Shown here piece after piece: positions 36,485 to 47,001 of a stretch of 64,000 nucleotides of DNA. The notes under the pieces are model-generated. The model was not told where the DNA came from. It worked only from the letters and a program-made list of their open reading frames with translations, and did no database searches. Source of the stretch: Blastocatellia bacterium. Its GTDB lineage: Bacteria; Acidobacteriota; Blastocatellia; UBA7656. The first letter of the stretch is position 1. Each line of letters starts with the position of its first letter. A program made the position numbers and the translations under genes. The DNA lies in assembly GCA_035649735.1 (NCBI GenBank), contig DASRIZ010000454.1, positions 1,519-65,518 of the forward strand. The letters run 5' to 3'.

Positions 36485-37534
36485 TTAGTTGGCCTTTTCT
36501 TTCTTCGGCTGAGCTGTTTTTGGCACTTCCTTCCACCGATAAGTTTCAACCATGGATTCGCCTCTAGCAGTTGTCTGTGTGAACAGGGCGGCCGCGCCGG
36601 GTGTCGAGTCAATGAGCCTCGACCCTTTAGCAGGACCCATAACGCTCGCCGCTGTCGCAAGCGCATCTGACGTCGTACAATCAAGCGCCACTACCGTCAC
36701 ACTTTGGTGCCCCTTCAAACCGAGACCGGTCTTAGGGTCCACGATATGCGAGTAGCGAACGCCGCCGATTTCAACATACTGATGAGCATCTCCTGAAGTT
36801 GAAACCGCCCGGTCGCGCAAACACAAATAAAGCCCGTGCTGCGCTTCGCCGCCGTGAGGAGCGACGGAAATAGTCCAGCCGTCTGATCCCGGCGGCGCGC
36901 CCATCACTGATATATCTCCGCCGCCGGCCACCAGAGCACGGGTAACGCCCTGCTGCTTCAACACCCGCATTGCCGCGTCAACAGCATACCCCTTGGCTAT
37001 GCCGCCAAGATCGAGCAGCATGCCGGCTCGCTCCAGAGCTACACTGCGACTCGGACGATCAAGACGTAGCTTGTGGTAGCCGATCAAGTCCATCGCCTGG
37101 GCCAGACGGTTAGAGTCGGGGAGCTCGCCGATTCGTCTTGCCCGCCGCCATAGTCGTACTACTGGCCCAATTGTTACATCGAACGCGCCGTCGGATCGTT
37201 CTGCGATTTCCTGGGATGTCTCCAGCACGCGAAAGAGATCTTCGCTAACTCTTATCTTGCTCCCAGCTGCGGTCTTGCAGACCAACATCAACTCGCTGGT
37301 TTCGAGATAGTCGCTCGTGATAGCATCGATCTCCGCAATTCGTTCGAAAGCGTTTGAAGAAAGTGTGGTTGCGGCCTGGGCACTCTCGCAATAGAGGATG
37401 ATCTTGAACTGAGTTCCCATGTGCAACTGCGAGAACTCGAAGCGAGCGAGGGCAGGTTCAAAGCCTAAACAGCAGCTGGCTAGTACGATCAAACCGACGG
37501 GTGAGAGTGCGTAGATAGAGGTCCGCGAACGCAT
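36485..37534 (-). CDS. apbE: FAD:protein FMN transferase (ApbE family) lipoprotein
   Basis: Signal peptide; ApbE blocks FDVTIGPVVRLW, LDLGGIAKGYAVD. Confidence 0.8.
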   Translation of the reverse strand: MRSRTSIYALSPVGLIVLASCCLGFEPALARFEFSQLHMGTQFKIILYCESAQAATTLSSNAFERIAEIDAITSDYLETSELMLVCKTAAGSKIRVSEDLFRVLETSQEIAERSDGAFDVTIGPVVRLWRRARRIGELPDSNRLAQAMDLIGYHKLRLDRPSRSVALERAGMLLDLGGIAKGYAVDAAMRVLKQQGVTRALVAGGGDISVMGAPPGSDGWTISVAPHGGEAQHGLYLCLRDRAVSTSGDAHQYVEIGGVRYSHIVDPKTGLGLKGHQSVTVVALDCTTSDALATAASVMGPAKGSRLIDSTPGAAALFTQTTARGESMVETYRWKEVPKTAQPKKEKAN

Positions 37535-37612
37535 CGACTTAATCAGCTATCTCCGAGACGGTTTCAGATTTTACGCGAGATCTTATCACGGTTTTTCAAA
37601 ACGCACATCCAG

Positions 37613-38650
37613 ATGACACGATCGTGTTTTAACTTTGGCGCTGCCCTGTTGATCCTGGCTCTTTGCACATTTTTTACAGGTAATCTTGCAACCGCTGTCG
37701 TAGCAGAGCCAAGCCATGCCGTCGAGTTTGAACGGTATGTCGAGACCATACCGGGCACGAATGTTACATTCACTATGCTGCCGGTACCCGCCGGCGCATT
37801 TGCGATGGGAAGCGCGGACGGTGAGCAGGGACACAAACGCGACGAGGGGCCGCAGCATCAGGTGACCATTCGACCCTTTTGGATGGGCGCGTTGGAGGTG
37901 ACTTGGGACGAATACGATCTTTTCGCATTCAGCCGTGAGCTAAGCAAGGACAGGAAGTTGACCGCGCCGGCAGCAAACGTATCCGCCGATGCGATTACAT
38001 ATCCGACGCCTCCTTACGCCGATGAGTCATTTGGTTATGGAAAAGGTCGACAGCCGGTTCTCAGCGTGACCTACCACGCCGCGATGGAGTATTGCAGATG
38101 GTTGTCGGTCAAAACAGGCAAAACGTATCGACTACCAACCGAAGCCGAATGGGAGTACGCCTGTCGGGCGGGATCAAAAACGGCTTATGCGTTTGGAGAT
38201 GACTCGGGCAAGCTCGGCGAGTACGCGTGGTATCTGGACAACTCAGACGCCGCGCCTCATCTCGGCGGAAAGAAGAAACCAAACGCGTGGGGCTTGTACG
38301 ACATGCACGGAAACGTAAGCGAGTGGTGCATCGACCAATATGATCCGGGCTTTTATGACCGGTTCAAATCGATTGCAACCGTGCTTTCACCAGTACTGCT
38401 GCCAGGCCAAAAGCGATACCCACACGTTGTTCGAGGCGGTTCCTGGGATGATGACGCGACATTGCTTCGTAGCGCGGCGCGTAAAGCTTCGCGAAAGGAA
38501 TGGAGCAAGCGCGACCCACAATCGCCTCAGAGTATCTGGTGGCATACGGAAGCGATCACTGTTGGATTTAGGATCGTGAGACCATTGGAGGAGCAGCAAA
38601 ACCTAAAAGGGCTCCGATCTAGAATTACCCGGCAAAGCCCGGATCAATGA
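37613..38650 (+). CDS. Formylglycine-generating-enzyme family protein (SUMF1/FGE-sulfatase domain)
   Basis: Signal peptide; FGE-domain blocks (MGS..G, RLPTEAEWEYACRAG, HGNVSEWC, RGGSWDD). Confidence 0.75.
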   Translation: MTRSCFNFGAALLILALCTFFTGNLATAVVAEPSHAVEFERYVETIPGTNVTFTMLPVPAGAFAMGSADGEQGHKRDEGPQHQVTIRPFWMGALEVTWDEYDLFAFSRELSKDRKLTAPAANVSADAITYPTPPYADESFGYGKGRQPVLSVTYHAAMEYCRWLSVKTGKTYRLPTEAEWEYACRAGSKTAYAFGDDSGKLGEYAWYLDNSDAAPHLGGKKKPNAWGLYDMHGNVSEWCIDQYDPGFYDRFKSIATVLSPVLLPGQKRYPHVVRGGSWDDDATLLRSAARKASRKEWSKRDPQSPQSIWWHTEAITVGFRIVRPLEEQQNLKGLRSRITRQSPDQ

Positions 38651-38687
38651 TACCGGCAACAACTTTCCAAACTTAGCGAGGTGACCC

Positions 38688-40076
38688 ATGACCAAGTCAG
38701 AGAAGAAACACGAACCAAACGATTCACGCCGCTCGTTTATCAAAATTTCTACCGCAGCAGCGGTAGGAGCTACGATCGCGCCTAACTTCAATGCAATGGC
38801 AGGGGCCTACGCTGCAGGAAGCGACACGATCAAGATTGGCCTCATCGGCTGTGGAGGACGAGGCACCGGCGCGGCAATGAATGCTCTTTTCGGATCGCCC
38901 GGCGTCAAGCTGGTTGCGATGGGCGACGCGTTTAAGGACAGGCTTGATGAGAGCCGCGCTACGCTGCTCAACAAGGGCGGCGAGCAGGCGTCGAAGAAGG
39001 GCATGAAGATCGGCGACTTTATGGAGGTGACCGATGACCGATGCTTCGTCGGCTTCGACGCATTCGAGAAAGTAGTCGCGAGCGATGTGAACTACATTAT
39101 CCTCGCAACGCCGCCGGCTTTCAGACCTCAGCATCTGAAGGCCGCCGTCGCCGCCGGGAAGAACATCTTCACCGAGAAGCCGGTCGCGGTCGATGGCCCG
39201 GGAATTCGAAGCGTGCTTGCTACCTACGAAGCGGCAAAAGCGAAGGGGCTGGGCGTCGGCGCCGGCACCCAGCGTCGTCATCAGACCGGCTACCTGGAGA
39301 CAATGAAGCTGATACACGACGGCCAGATCGGTCAGATCGTCGCGGCGCGTTGTTACTGGAATCAGGGCGGCTTATGGAAGAAGGATCGCCAGTCAGATTG
39401 GAGCGATCTCGAGTGGCAGTTGCGGAACTGGCTCTATTTCACCTGGCTTTCCGGTGACCACATCGTCGAACAACACGTGCACAACATCGACGTAGTCAAC
39501 TGGGCAATGAATGGCCACCCGATTCGCGCTCTTGGCCTTGGCGGGCGGCAGCAAAGGACCGATCCGGCATATGGGCACATATTTGATCACTTCGCCGTGG
39601 ATTACGAGTACGAAAACGGCACTCACCTGATGAGTATGTGCCGCCAGCAAGTCGGCACCGACGGGAACGTCTCCGAAGCGCTGACAGGAACAAAAGGCGC
39701 GTGTATCACTCAGGCTTCCCAGCGCTACGCAATCAAGGGAGAGAATACGTGGCAGTTCCCGCGCGAAAAAGATAACGATCCATACGTTCAAGAGCACATC
39801 AATCTGATTGCGAGCATCAGAGCCGGCAAACCTATCAATGAACTAAAGACCGTGGCGGAGAGTACGCTAGCGGCGATCATGGGACGGATGTCGACCTATA
39901 CCGGGAAGAGCGTTAGTTGGGATCAGGCGCTTAACTCGACAGAGAACCTGGTGCCGGCAAAGCTGCAATGGGGGAAGATGCCGGTCCCACCGATTCCGAT
40001 ACCGGGACAGATGCCGGTAGAGGCGCCTGAGGCGAAGCCGGCAGGTTCGGCTTCAAGGAGCGGATCTGGCGTTTAA
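38688..40076 (+). CDS. Tat-secreted Gfo/Idh/MocA-family oxidoreductase (GH109-like)
   Basis: Twin-arginine SRRSFIK; Rossmann IGLIGCGGRG; Gfo/Idh/MocA C-terminal domain. Confidence 0.8.
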   Translation: MTKSEKKHEPNDSRRSFIKISTAAAVGATIAPNFNAMAGAYAAGSDTIKIGLIGCGGRGTGAAMNALFGSPGVKLVAMGDAFKDRLDESRATLLNKGGEQASKKGMKIGDFMEVTDDRCFVGFDAFEKVVASDVNYIILATPPAFRPQHLKAAVAAGKNIFTEKPVAVDGPGIRSVLATYEAAKAKGLGVGAGTQRRHQTGYLETMKLIHDGQIGQIVAARCYWNQGGLWKKDRQSDWSDLEWQLRNWLYFTWLSGDHIVEQHVHNIDVVNWAMNGHPIRALGLGGRQQRTDPAYGHIFDHFAVDYEYENGTHLMSMCRQQVGTDGNVSEALTGTKGACITQASQRYAIKGENTWQFPREKDNDPYVQEHINLIASIRAGKPINELKTVAESTLAAIMGRMSTYTGKSVSWDQALNSTENLVPAKLQWGKMPVPPIPIPGQMPVEAPEAKPAGSASRSGSGV

Positions 40077-40244
40077 GGCTCTGCCTCCGATTGACGATCG
40101 GGAACTCCGCTTAACACGCTGGTCGCCATCCAGTCCGTCAACGAGCCGCATAGAGTTATTTGCTTAGGCTCGTCGACAGACACTGGTCGGATGCACGGCA
40201 ACCGTTCTTATCTTGCATTCGAATCTTTTCGGCTTGGTCATCTA

Positions 40245-43200
40245 TTACGAGACTGTGGGCAGCGTTAATTCCCCGGCAGCCGCCGTTTTGTCGGCGGGCG
40301 AACGTCCTACTTTCTTCAAGCCTGTTTGACCCAGTGGGACTCTGGCAACAATCTGCGTCCCGTGTGACGGTCGCGAATCAATCGTGATTCTTCCGCCGAC
40401 CAGGCGAAGGCGCTCCCTCATGCCAACCAGCCCGAGGCCGTACTTTAATCGACCGGATTTAACGTCAAATCCGATTCCCGAATCAGAGACACTAAGCGCG
40501 ATCTCCCCTTCCGTCCCAACAAGCTGAATCCGAGCGCTTTGCGCGCCGCTGTGCCTGATTACGTTGTTTAGACACTCCTGCGCAATTCGATAGAGGCAGA
40601 GCGAGATGCCTTGCGGTAGATCATCCGGGACTTGATGGTCGTTGAACTCTATTTTTACTTGATGATGTTGATGAAGTTCGCCACACAGCCCCTTAAGCGC
40701 GCCCACGAGGCCGAGGTGCACCAGGTTCGACGTATGCAAGTTGTAGGACATCCCGTGGATCTCCTTTGATGTTTCATTGATCTGACGCCGCACTGCTATG
40801 AGTTGTTGTTCGAGTGTCTCAGAAGGTGCAGGAAACCCCTGGATGATCTGGTCGAGCTCCACCGAAACGAGTGCCATCCTTTGATTGATGTCATCGTGCA
40901 GCTCTCTGGCAATCCGCGCACGCTCATCTTCCCGCGCCTGGATCAGTTGCCCACTCAAGTTCGCCAGCGCTTGTTCAGCCTCTTTGCGTTCGGTGATGTC
41001 AATGCAGGAGCCTATGTATCCAAGAAATTCTCCGCCCGGCGAGAAGCGGGCAATCCCTGCATCATATACCCAGCAGAACTCGCCGTCCGAGCGGCGTAGC
41101 CTGTATTCCATCTTGAATGGCTGGCGAAGGTCAAACGCCGACGTGTAGGTCACAATGAAGCGCTCGTAATCTTCGGGGTGGACTCCCTCAGTCCAAGCGT
41201 CGCCAAGCTCCTCTTCCATCGTGCGCCCGGTGAAGTTGAGCCACTGCTGGTTGAAGTATGTGCGAAGCTTGTCGACGCCCGAGATCCAAATCATAACGGG
41301 CGCCGTATCAGCCATATTTCTGAATCGCTCTTCGCTCTCGCGCAACGCATCGACTGCCCGTTGGCGCTTGGTGATATCGCGCAGAATGACCGTGTAGAAC
41401 TTTTGACCGTGCAAATCGAGCTGGGAGATGGAGGCTTCCATTGGAAACTCCTCGCCATTGGTGCGGCGTCCAAATATCAGACCCGAAGATCCCATCGATT
41501 TATTCTTTACTCCGGAGTCACTGAAGGCGCGAGTGTGCCGACGATGGGCGTCCCGGAACCGCTCCGGGATAAAGCGATCAAGCGGCTGCAACATAGCTTC
41601 GTTCTCAGTGCAACCAAACATCTTCTGGGCAGCGTCGTTGAACAGCACGATGCGCTGGCTCTCATCAACTGAGATGATAGCGTCCATTGCTGAAGCGACT
41701 ATTCCACCCAACTTCGCCTCATTCTCTTTCACCGCTTCTTCAGCGCGCTTGCGATCGGTGATGTCGCGCACAAGGCTCAGAACCTTGACGCCCTCTGTAA
41801 CGACGATGCGCGCTTCAAACCATCGCTCTTTACCCCTAAGCGGAAGCCTGTACTCTACGGACTGGGGCTCGTTGGTCTCCTTCGCGCGTCGGAAAGAAAT
41901 CAGAAAGGCCTCAGTCAATTCGGCAGGCATCAAGTCCTGCATATTCCTGCCTAGGAACTCCGAAGGAGGAACCAGCAAGTCGTTCGGGTCTTTTGCCTGG
42001 TAGTCAAGAAAGGTGCCGTCCAATGTTTGAAGGAACATCAGATCGGGGATGGCTCGCAGGACTGCCCTGTGTCGTTCTTCACTCTTACGGAGTGACTCAT
42101 CTGCCAGTTTTCGTTGGGTGATATCGATGTTGATGCCAGACAGCTTCAGCGGCTTGCCGTTGGAATCTAGAAAGACCTGAAACCGCGCGAAGATCCAATG
42201 ATTACTCCCGTCCGGCCACGTTATTCGCCATTCTTCTTCAACCGGCGCACCCGTCTTGAGGGCTCGTTGAACGCTTGCAAGAGCCCGCTCACGATCGTCG
42301 TGGTGGACCAGGCGTTCCCACGCAGCTTGAGTTCCGGCGAAGCTGCCGCGCGGTAAGCCGTGCATAGCCTCGAGTTGCCGCGACCAGATGTTGACGCCCG
42401 TCAGGATGTTCCATTCGAAGGTGCCGATGCGGGCCGCTTGTTGCGCGAGCAGTCGCCTCGCCTCGCTCTCGCGCAAGTGCTCTTGAGCACGCTTGCGCAG
42501 CGAGCGGTTTATGACAAGGCCGGCAATGAGTGCGGTTTGGAGTAAGATCACGGACAACCCGGCTATCGCATACCACTTGTACTGTTCCCAAAATGAAGGC
42601 ACGCGAAAGCGCACGATGCTTCCGGGCGGGAGACTGCTCTCGCTAATGCCCCAGCGCTTGAGCTCGCGCCAGTCAAATATTGCGACGCTCGGAATTCCTT
42701 GAGGAGCGATTGCCTCAGGTTTTTCGCCTGACAACACACGCAAGCCCATCTCAGCTGCCCCCACACCGAGCGCTTCAAAACTCATGAGCCTCCCGCCAAC
42801 AATCCCAAGTCCCAGTTGCGCGTCTGTGCTGCCGTACACCGGCGCGCTTGATCCCGGCGAGATTTGACCGAGCACCTCAAGGTTGCCGTAACGATTGCCG
42901 CCATTGTCCTGTACGCTTGAGACAAACATTACTATCGTCTGCGGCGGCAAGGCGGCGAGCGCCTTCTGCTGTTCTGGAATGCTTAAGCCGATGAGGTAGG
43001 AGAATTCGAGCTTGCCTTCAAATGCGCGGAAATCCTTTTGCACTGCAGCCATCCAATACTTGTCCCACTCACTGACGCCGGAAATCACTACTACCCTTTT
43101 GGTTCCGGGATGCAATGCCAGGGCAAGTTCCAGATTGGACGCGTAGTCGGTCTCTCCCCAGACCCCGGTCACATTCGGAACTGGATTGAAGTCGGAAAGG

Positions 43201-43625
43201 TTACTTTGATCGAGAACCAGAAAAACGATAGGAGTGTCGGGCAACAACGCTGGCCGATTTTTCAACAGCAGTTTCAATGCCGGGGGATTAATGGCAAAGA
43301 TCAAGTCGAACTTATTGACCCCATACTTGTGCTGGAACTGCCTTACCAAGTCTTGCTCATAATCTTCCATGTGCGTGCGCACGGCATCCAGATATTCTGA
43401 ATATATTTCGATGGGAACCGGCGAGCCGCTTTGGAGAGTTGATCGCATAGCCCGTTCGAGAAGGACCTGCGCGGGTAAGTGCGATTCATGCGTAAACAGC
43501 ATCAAAATCCTTTTACGCTCTCCGTTGCCCTGTGCAGCCACTGAAGTCGCACACAGCACTATCGCCAGGACGTGGAAGAGAGCCTGGGCCAATATCCCTC
43601 TCAATTCAAACTGTCTTACGCGCAT
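40245..43625 (-). CDS. Sensor histidine kinase: periplasmic binding-protein-like domain, TM, four PAS domains, HisKA_3 + HATPase_c (NarX-type); no receiver
   Basis: Signal/TM; PAS-like repeats with conserved W/R/D patterns; HisKA_3 box ARELHDDINQRMALV; HATPase N/G boxes; starts 7 nt after upstream OMP stop. Confidence 0.8.
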   Translation of the reverse strand: MRVRQFELRGILAQALFHVLAIVLCATSVAAQGNGERKRILMLFTHESHLPAQVLLERAMRSTLQSGSPVPIEIYSEYLDAVRTHMEDYEQDLVRQFQHKYGVNKFDLIFAINPPALKLLLKNRPALLPDTPIVFLVLDQSNLSDFNPVPNVTGVWGETDYASNLELALALHPGTKRVVVISGVSEWDKYWMAAVQKDFRAFEGKLEFSYLIGLSIPEQQKALAALPPQTIVMFVSSVQDNGGNRYGNLEVLGQISPGSSAPVYGSTDAQLGLGIVGGRLMSFEALGVGAAEMGLRVLSGEKPEAIAPQGIPSVAIFDWRELKRWGISESSLPPGSIVRFRVPSFWEQYKWYAIAGLSVILLQTALIAGLVINRSLRKRAQEHLRESEARRLLAQQAARIGTFEWNILTGVNIWSRQLEAMHGLPRGSFAGTQAAWERLVHHDDRERALASVQRALKTGAPVEEEWRITWPDGSNHWIFARFQVFLDSNGKPLKLSGINIDITQRKLADESLRKSEERHRAVLRAIPDLMFLQTLDGTFLDYQAKDPNDLLVPPSEFLGRNMQDLMPAELTEAFLISFRRAKETNEPQSVEYRLPLRGKERWFEARIVVTEGVKVLSLVRDITDRKRAEEAVKENEAKLGGIVASAMDAIISVDESQRIVLFNDAAQKMFGCTENEAMLQPLDRFIPERFRDAHRRHTRAFSDSGVKNKSMGSSGLIFGRRTNGEEFPMEASISQLDLHGQKFYTVILRDITKRQRAVDALRESEERFRNMADTAPVMIWISGVDKLRTYFNQQWLNFTGRTMEEELGDAWTEGVHPEDYERFIVTYTSAFDLRQPFKMEYRLRRSDGEFCWVYDAGIARFSPGGEFLGYIGSCIDITERKEAEQALANLSGQLIQAREDERARIARELHDDINQRMALVSVELDQIIQGFPAPSETLEQQLIAVRRQINETSKEIHGMSYNLHTSNLVHLGLVGALKGLCGELHQHHQVKIEFNDHQVPDDLPQGISLCLYRIAQECLNNVIRHSGAQSARIQLVGTEGEIALSVSDSGIGFDVKSGRLKYGLGLVGMRERLRLVGGRITIDSRPSHGTQIVARVPLGQTGLKKVGRSPADKTAAAGELTLPTVS

Positions 43626-43632
43626 AGAATGA

Positions 43633-46600
43633 CTAAAACTCGAATCTAAGCCCGAACTGAAATTGTCGTGGCGGCGCCGCGCTCACAAACGCGAGCGGCG
43701 CCGTCGGCGGCAGACCGGGAATCCCTTTAAAGTCGAACGGCCCCGTCAGGAATTTCGGATCGCACCCATTGATGAAACCTGGTTGGGCTGTTCCGCAGAC
43801 GACGTCGTTGACGCGAAGGAAGTTGGCGCGGTTAAGCAGGTTCGTCGCTTCGACGATCAACTCCACGTGTGGGCCATCGGAATTCTGATGCCAGTACAAT
43901 CGCTTGCTCACCCTGATATCAACGCTGTAGTAGTTCTCGCCCCGTCCCGAATTGCGCGGAGCATAAAACGGCCGGTCGGTGCTATTCAAATCACCGTTCA
44001 CGTCGCGACCGATGTAAAGATTGAACGGGAATCCGCTGCGCAGAGTAATGATCGGACTGATCGTGATGTCGGCCAGCGCTAGCGCCATCCAATGGTGTGT
44101 GTGGCCTGCCTTGGATGGGCTTTCAAAATTTCCGCTCCCGACAAAACTATGACGCACATCGTAGGCCGAGAGACCTCTATCCACGTAGCGCCGCGTCACC
44201 AGGTATGGCGTCGAGGCGCCGGTGAAGTCCAGCACGTCGTCAAGTCCCTTGCTGTAGGTGTAGCCGGCCCGAAACTGGAATCCTTCGCCGAACCTCTTGA
44301 CCAGAGACGTGGTCAGCCCGTAATAGATCGAGTTGCCCTCAGATGAATGCACAATCTTCTGGGCAAGAGAAGGATCAATCCGCTCAAGCCGCGGGCCGAA
44401 AAGGTCGCTTCCGGGCATACCCGGCACCGGAACGAACTGACCGCTCTCACGGTAATTCGCTTCGAGCGCGATGGGTAGGTGAACTCCGTGGTACATCTGT
44501 AAGGCAATTTCCATCGCGAGGTCACCGCCCAGTTGTTGAGACAGGCCGAGACTGGCTTGAACCGTGTAAGGATTATCGTAGTCCTTAGCAGCTTCCGACA
44601 CTCGGCGGTTCGGCTGGCCGGGGGCCGGCGTGATGCCAAAAGCGCGCACGTCTGCCTCGGTGAGCGCCACGAAGGGGAGCTTTCCCAGGTTGACGCCATA
44701 AGCCCATAGCGCCTGGGTTGACTGTGCGCCGTCTTGCAGCGTCCGCGATTGAAGATTAATGAACTCTCCGCTATCGCGTTGCAGCGTGGCCGCGGATAGA
44801 ACCTGAAGCGACACCGGGGCATAGAAAGTCCCAAACCCGCCACGGATCACCGTTTCACCCTTACCGAACGGATCCCACGAAAAGCCGATGCGTGGAGAGA
44901 GACTGACGTTTCGGTCAAGCGGCTCAGGTTCTCCATCATAATTCAGTCGCGCCCCAAGGTTGAAAGTCAGCCGAGTCGTCGCGTTCCACGAAACTTGTCC
45001 GAATGCGCCCAGATTATGTTGCCAGGCTTGAAAACCCGGGTTCCCGAACCCTTGCTGCCAGATGGACGGAAGCCCCAGGTTGAACGCCTGAAGCGAGGTA
45101 AGAACTGTGTCGGCGGGCGCCGCCAGCTGCCCGGTCAACACATCAAGGTCAGCCGGAGAGAGGGCACGCGCAAGCGGCAGTCCGGCAGCAAACTGGAAGG
45201 TGCCTCCGAATCCGAGTTCGTTGACTAGCTGTGCATCGACGGGCCGGTACGAAACGCCAAATTTGAAATCTTGTGTCCCTCTACTCCAACTCAATATGTC
45301 TTCAAACTGGAATCGCTGCTGCCTCATCACCGTGGGAATTGTTAAGACACGTCCGTAATCAATCAGTCCACTGATGCGAATCAGTGCGCTTTCCGGCGCG
45401 CGCGAGATTTGGCTGTAATCGTCGTCGGCAAACTGAACGCGCAGTTGGTTCACCAAACTGTTGCTGAAAATGTGGCTCCACGTCCCGACCGCCGTGGAGT
45501 CATCAAGAACTTCCAGGATTCCGTTGCTCGGAGCCTCCACGTTATCAAAGCGAAGCAGGTCGTTATCTTCCCGCGCCAGAGTGAAACGCCCGTTGATCAA
45601 ATCTCGCTCGCCCCGGGTGTAATCCAGCCGTGTCGTCCAGTTGTATGTTCGGCTAGGCGCGGTGAATTGACCCTCACTTTGTTGCAGCAGTTGCATGGTG
45701 ATCGGGTGACTCGCACTGGTGAGTGTGGACCGCAATTGCGCGGCGATGCGCCGCGTCGTGGCGCTCGCGATTGGACCGGACTCCAGAGTTTGCAGATACG
45801 CCGACTGCGCCCCGTTCGGTCCCAGCAGAGATGGATTGCTCGTGTAAGAGCGAATCCTGGCAACGTCGTACTTGAGCGCTTCAAATGAGGTGAAGAAGAA
45901 TGCCTGGTTTCTGACGAGCGGGCCGCCGAGAGTAAATCCCGGCGAGACTCTTTGCTCGAACGCCTCATTGCCGCTCCCGTTTAGTGGGTCGCGCGCCGCC
46001 GTTTTCTGAGAGCGATAAAAGACATAGCCCGCGCCGTGAAATGTATTGTTCCCGCTCCTTGTTACGACGTTGATTGCCGTCCCGGCGGTGAATCCGTACT
46101 CGGCGGAGAAGGCATTCCGGTTTACCTGAAACTCCTGCACCGCTTCCACGCTCATGTTTCTTATTCTCAAACTCCCGACCCCGGAATCGTTCTCGCCTCC
46201 GTCAATCGAGAAATAGTTGCTGCGGCCATTGCCGGCGCCGACTGAAAATCCTGAGGTCGGCACCGGGGCCACACGCGTCTGCTGTACGCGGGCCGCCGAC
46301 ACGTCAGCAACACCCGGCAGAGTGAAAACGTAAAAACTGAAATTGCGTGAGAGATTCGGCAGGGTCGCAATCTGCCCACGTTCGACGGTATCGGACTGCT
46401 GCGTGCGCTCCGTTTCGACTAGTGTCGTTGCGGTGCCAATACTCAGCGCATCGGTTAACATGCCGACCTGGAGCCTGATGTCATGAACGCCGACCTGCCC
46501 AACCGTCAGCACCATTTTCGAAACCTGTGGCCGGAACCCTGAAGCCTCGACGCGCAGCTCGTAGGTGCCGGGTTGCAAAAGCGGCACGTGATAGGCGCCT

Positions 46601-47001
46601 TGGTCATCCGTCTTGACGCTGCGCACGACTCCTCGCCCGGCGTTTGTCACGGTGATGCTCGCGCCGCTCACTGCGGCGTCGGACTGATCCGTTACCTTGC
46701 CTTTGAGGGTTGAGTGCGCGACGTCAGCCTGGGCTAGTACGGAAAGCGTTTCCGCGTTGGCTGTTAACCATTGTGAGCCAGCCAAGGCAATCAGCAAGGC
46801 CGATTGTCTCGTTCGAGGGGTAGCAGGGAAACGCGGATTGTCCGAAGGAAAGATGAGCTTTTGAGCCGCCTCCCTGGAAGCAATGATCGGTAATTGAAGC
46901 GGCAATAAAAACAACAAGCCCGAAATGAGTTGTAGCGGCACACTCATCGTAAGCGTCCCTGCCGAAAGACTGGTAGTGAGGCAGTATGACCGCCTAATCA
47001 T
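43633..47001 (-). CDS. TonB-dependent-receptor-like outer membrane protein with carboxypeptidase-regulatory-like N-terminal domain
   Basis: CarbopepD_reg-like segment (GKVTDQSDAAVSGASITV...); ~1100 aa beta-barrel; C-terminal ...FGLRFEF terminal Phe. Confidence 0.7.
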   Translation of the reverse strand: MIRRSYCLTTSLSAGTLTMSVPLQLISGLLFLLPLQLPIIASREAAQKLIFPSDNPRFPATPRTRQSALLIALAGSQWLTANAETLSVLAQADVAHSTLKGKVTDQSDAAVSGASITVTNAGRGVVRSVKTDDQGAYHVPLLQPGTYELRVEASGFRPQVSKMVLTVGQVGVHDIRLQVGMLTDALSIGTATTLVETERTQQSDTVERGQIATLPNLSRNFSFYVFTLPGVADVSAARVQQTRVAPVPTSGFSVGAGNGRSNYFSIDGGENDSGVGSLRIRNMSVEAVQEFQVNRNAFSAEYGFTAGTAINVVTRSGNNTFHGAGYVFYRSQKTAARDPLNGSGNEAFEQRVSPGFTLGGPLVRNQAFFFTSFEALKYDVARIRSYTSNPSLLGPNGAQSAYLQTLESGPIASATTRRIAAQLRSTLTSASHPITMQLLQQSEGQFTAPSRTYNWTTRLDYTRGERDLINGRFTLAREDNDLLRFDNVEAPSNGILEVLDDSTAVGTWSHIFSNSLVNQLRVQFADDDYSQISRAPESALIRISGLIDYGRVLTIPTVMRQQRFQFEDILSWSRGTQDFKFGVSYRPVDAQLVNELGFGGTFQFAAGLPLARALSPADLDVLTGQLAAPADTVLTSLQAFNLGLPSIWQQGFGNPGFQAWQHNLGAFGQVSWNATTRLTFNLGARLNYDGEPEPLDRNVSLSPRIGFSWDPFGKGETVIRGGFGTFYAPVSLQVLSAATLQRDSGEFINLQSRTLQDGAQSTQALWAYGVNLGKLPFVALTEADVRAFGITPAPGQPNRRVSEAAKDYDNPYTVQASLGLSQQLGGDLAMEIALQMYHGVHLPIALEANYRESGQFVPVPGMPGSDLFGPRLERIDPSLAQKIVHSSEGNSIYYGLTTSLVKRFGEGFQFRAGYTYSKGLDDVLDFTGASTPYLVTRRYVDRGLSAYDVRHSFVGSGNFESPSKAGHTHHWMALALADITISPIITLRSGFPFNLYIGRDVNGDLNSTDRPFYAPRNSGRGENYYSVDIRVSKRLYWHQNSDGPHVELIVEATNLLNRANFLRVNDVVCGTAQPGFINGCDPKFLTGPFDFKGIPGLPPTAPLAFVSAAPPRQFQFGLRFEF

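Noticed and set aside
40245-43625. Calling the large kinase a hybrid histidine kinase with receiver
   Set aside because: No D-x-x-K / receiver-domain pattern is seen after the HATPase domain. It is called an orphan sensor kinase instead.
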